Below, piece after piece: positions 62,333-64,000 of a stretch of DNA of 64,000 bases (position 1 is its first letter; each line of letters begins with the position of its first letter). The stretch comes from a phage: sequence record PZ452610.1. One strand, given 5' to 3'. The position numbers and the translations under genes were made by a program. The notes below the pieces were generated by a model, which had not been told where the DNA came from, did no database searches, and saw only the letters and a program-made list of their open reading frames with translations.

Positions 62333-62793
62333 TAATAAAGGTCCTCTGAATAAAGTTCTTTCTCACTTCCGCCACGTTCAATACGTACCTGTCCAGCATA
62401 TGTTGCAATAATCATTGCTTCTTCACGAGTCCAGTAATTAGAGTATTGGTCGATAAAGCCTTGGTCATCGCCACAAACTTGTTGCGAGACTAATTGAGGA
62501 CCAACTATATCAAGTACTTCAGCCATATCTTTAGAGTAATGACGAACTCCAGGAATAACCAGAGTTCCACCGCTCTTCAATTTAAACCTATTAGCTGCAC
62601 ATACTATAACACGTTGAACTTTTTGGTCATTGTTCCAATAGCACGTTTGCCAACAGATTTCAGGAACTTCATTCATTATATCATCAGCAGAATAATTATA
62701 ACCGTAGGACTGGAATTTTTCTGCTAGACTTTCAGGAGTCTCACGAGACAAGGCCAAATCTAATAGCTCTAAACGTTCTTTAAATGATTTCAT
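62332..62793 (-). CDS. hypothetical protein (153 aa)
   Basis: ORF with TAATG overlap downstream and ATGA overlap upstream; no motif I can assign. Confidence 0.5.
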   Translation of the reverse strand: MKSFKERLELLDLALSRETPESLAEKFQSYGYNYSADDIMNEVPEICWQTCYWNNDQKVQRVIVCAANRFKLKSGGTLVIPGVRHYSKDMAEVLDIVGPQLVSQQVCGDDQGFIDQYSNYWTREEAMIIATYAGQVRIERGGSEKELYSEDLY

Positions 62794-63119
62794 TTAAACC
62801 ATTCCTTAATACGTTGCCAAATAGATTTTTGTGCTTGTTTATTTACACCAATCGAACGAATAACCGGTTGTGACTGCTGATACTCTTTATAATCTTCTTT
62901 ATAGATTTCGTAAGCTGCATCAACAAACGAACTGATCGCTGCCATGTAGTTTTTACGAAGACCAAATGGCGCGTCATTATTTTCACGAATAACCGTATAT
63001 TGGCCTGCTTTAATCTTTACAATTGTCCCTAAATAAGCACCGTGGTACCAAATATCCCATCCTTCCTGAGTAGGTTCTGCACATTTACGAAGTTCGTTAA
63101 TAATATTCAGCTTATTCAT
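62790..63119 (-). CDS. hypothetical protein (109 aa)
   Basis: ORF directly downstream of motA. Confidence 0.5.
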   Translation of the reverse strand: MNKLNIINELRKCAEPTQEGWDIWYHGAYLGTIVKIKAGQYTVIRENNDAPFGLRKNYMAAISSFVDAAYEIYKEDYKEYQQSQPVIRSIGVNKQAQKSIWQRIKEWFK

Positions 63120-63129
63120 TACGTATTCC

Positions 63130-63762
63130 TCACAGTACGTTAGTTACAAGGGTAATGATTTCTTTGGACACATTAGGGAAGTCAATGTAAGTATATTTAC
63201 CACCGATCTTAATCTTAACATCATTTTCAAGAGAAGTAAACAGCTTTGATTCAGTTTCTGACATGTTGTATGCAAAGATTCTAAGAGCGCCATCTCGTCG
63301 AATTTCAATTTGGCGAATGCCTAGAACTCGTTTTGCAAATCGAACTTCTAAGTTACTACGGTTTTCACCAATTTCTTTAACTTCAACTTTATCTTTAATA
63401 TTTTCAAAAACAAAGTTTGCTAATTCATGCATTTCAGGAGTAACTCCACGTGCTTTTCTGGTGTTACGTTTCTGAAGAAGTTCTGGAGCATTTTCTTGAG
63501 CAAATAGGTCTGCAGCTTTTTGGATAATATCCATTGCTTCGCCGGTTGCCACAAGTCCATCACCAGATTTTTCGACTAAACCTTTCTTAATCAATACACC
63601 AATGTTAGAGTTAACAACTGATGCATTGTATTCTGCTTCCAGAGCTTCACGGACATTGGCAGCAGTGGTGAAGTTGTTCTTAATGATATAAACCATTATT
63701 GCAGCAGTTTTTTCATTCAGAGCGTTTTCAGAAGCTTTGATGATGTAAGTAACTTTAGACAT
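63130..63762 (-). CDS. motA: middle-transcription activator MotA
   Basis: 210-aa ORF, N-terminal sequence recognisably T4 MotA (MSKVTYIIKAS...SNIGVLIKKGLVEKSGDGL); early promoter at 63802-63830. Confidence 0.9.
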   Translation of the reverse strand: MSKVTYIIKASENALNEKTAAIMVYIIKNNFTTAANVREALEAEYNASVVNSNIGVLIKKGLVEKSGDGLVATGEAMDIIQKAADLFAQENAPELLQKRNTRKARGVTPEMHELANFVFENIKDKVEVKEIGENRSNLEVRFAKRVLGIRQIEIRRDGALRIFAYNMSETESKLFTSLENDVKIKIGGKYTYIDFPNVSKEIITLVTNVL

Positions 63763-63801
63763 TTTATTTCTCCAATTTGGTTGTTTTGTTTTGATAGGTC
63801 T

Positions 63802-63830
63802 ATAATATCATGATTGAAGCGCATGTAAAC
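63802..63830 (-). promoter_or_regulatory. early promoter for motA
   Basis: GTTTAC, 17 nt, TATTAT on minus strand about 40 nt upstream of the motA ATG. Confidence 0.55.
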
Positions 63831-63850
63831 TGTTTTGTGAGAAAAATGCA

Positions 63851-63871
63851 CAAAAGGGAGCCGAAGCTCCC
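63851..63871 (-). terminator. intrinsic terminator upstream of the motA promoter
   Basis: GGGAGC-UUCG-GCUCCC hairpin followed by UUUUG on the minus strand. Confidence 0.55.
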
Positions 63872-64000
63872 TAATCATGTTTGTCCAACCAATACAGCCA
63901 AATCACTAGTACAGCTATTGCACCGAGAAATCCTAAGGCTATAGCACTCAAAGTGCCTCCAAGTCTTTAGTGTACTCTGTCACAACATCAGTAGACTTCC

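Overview
This 64-kb window is a contiguous block of a T4-like (T-even, Tevenvirinae-type) myovirus genome. Gene identities were recognised from the translated ORFs and conserved motifs, recalled from memory without any database search. On the + strand it runs from the 3' part of the large terminase gene 17 through tail sheath/tube (18, 19), portal (20), the prohead core/scaffold/protease genes (67, 68, 21, 22), major capsid protein (23) and vertex protein (24), then uvsW/uvsW.1, the baseplate hub genes 51-27-28-29-48-54, and the long tail fibre genes 34-35-36-37-38 followed by holin t. On the - strand are rnlB, hoc, inh, uvsY, 25, 26, alt, DNA ligase 30 and the 30.x accessory block, rIII, 31, cd, pseT, a spanin pair, alc, rnlA, denA, nrdB, nrdA, td, frd, 32, 59, 33, dsbA, rnh, asiA and motA. 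Regulatory signals are T4-typical: TATAAATA late promoters ahead of late genes, a conserved family of early promoters (GTTTAC, 17-18 bp, TAnTAT) ahead of minus-strand early genes, MotA-box middle promoters, and near-identical GGGAGAC-tetraloop-GTCTCCC terminator hairpins. No rRNA, tRNA, CRISPR array or mobile element was found; nrdB and td are uninterrupted and no seg-type homing endonuclease gene is present. The most notable departures from the T4 layout as I recall it are an intact AroG-type DAHP synthase gene translationally coupled to cd, a Hoc with four Ig-like modules, a longer gp37 tip with tandem repeats and His-x-His boxes, a NADAR-like/HAD-like pair in the 30.x block, and several clusters of small uncharacterised ORFs. 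I did not find a clear multi-gene system that is evidently novel; the candidates below are single genes or loose clusters and need database searches to judge novelty.
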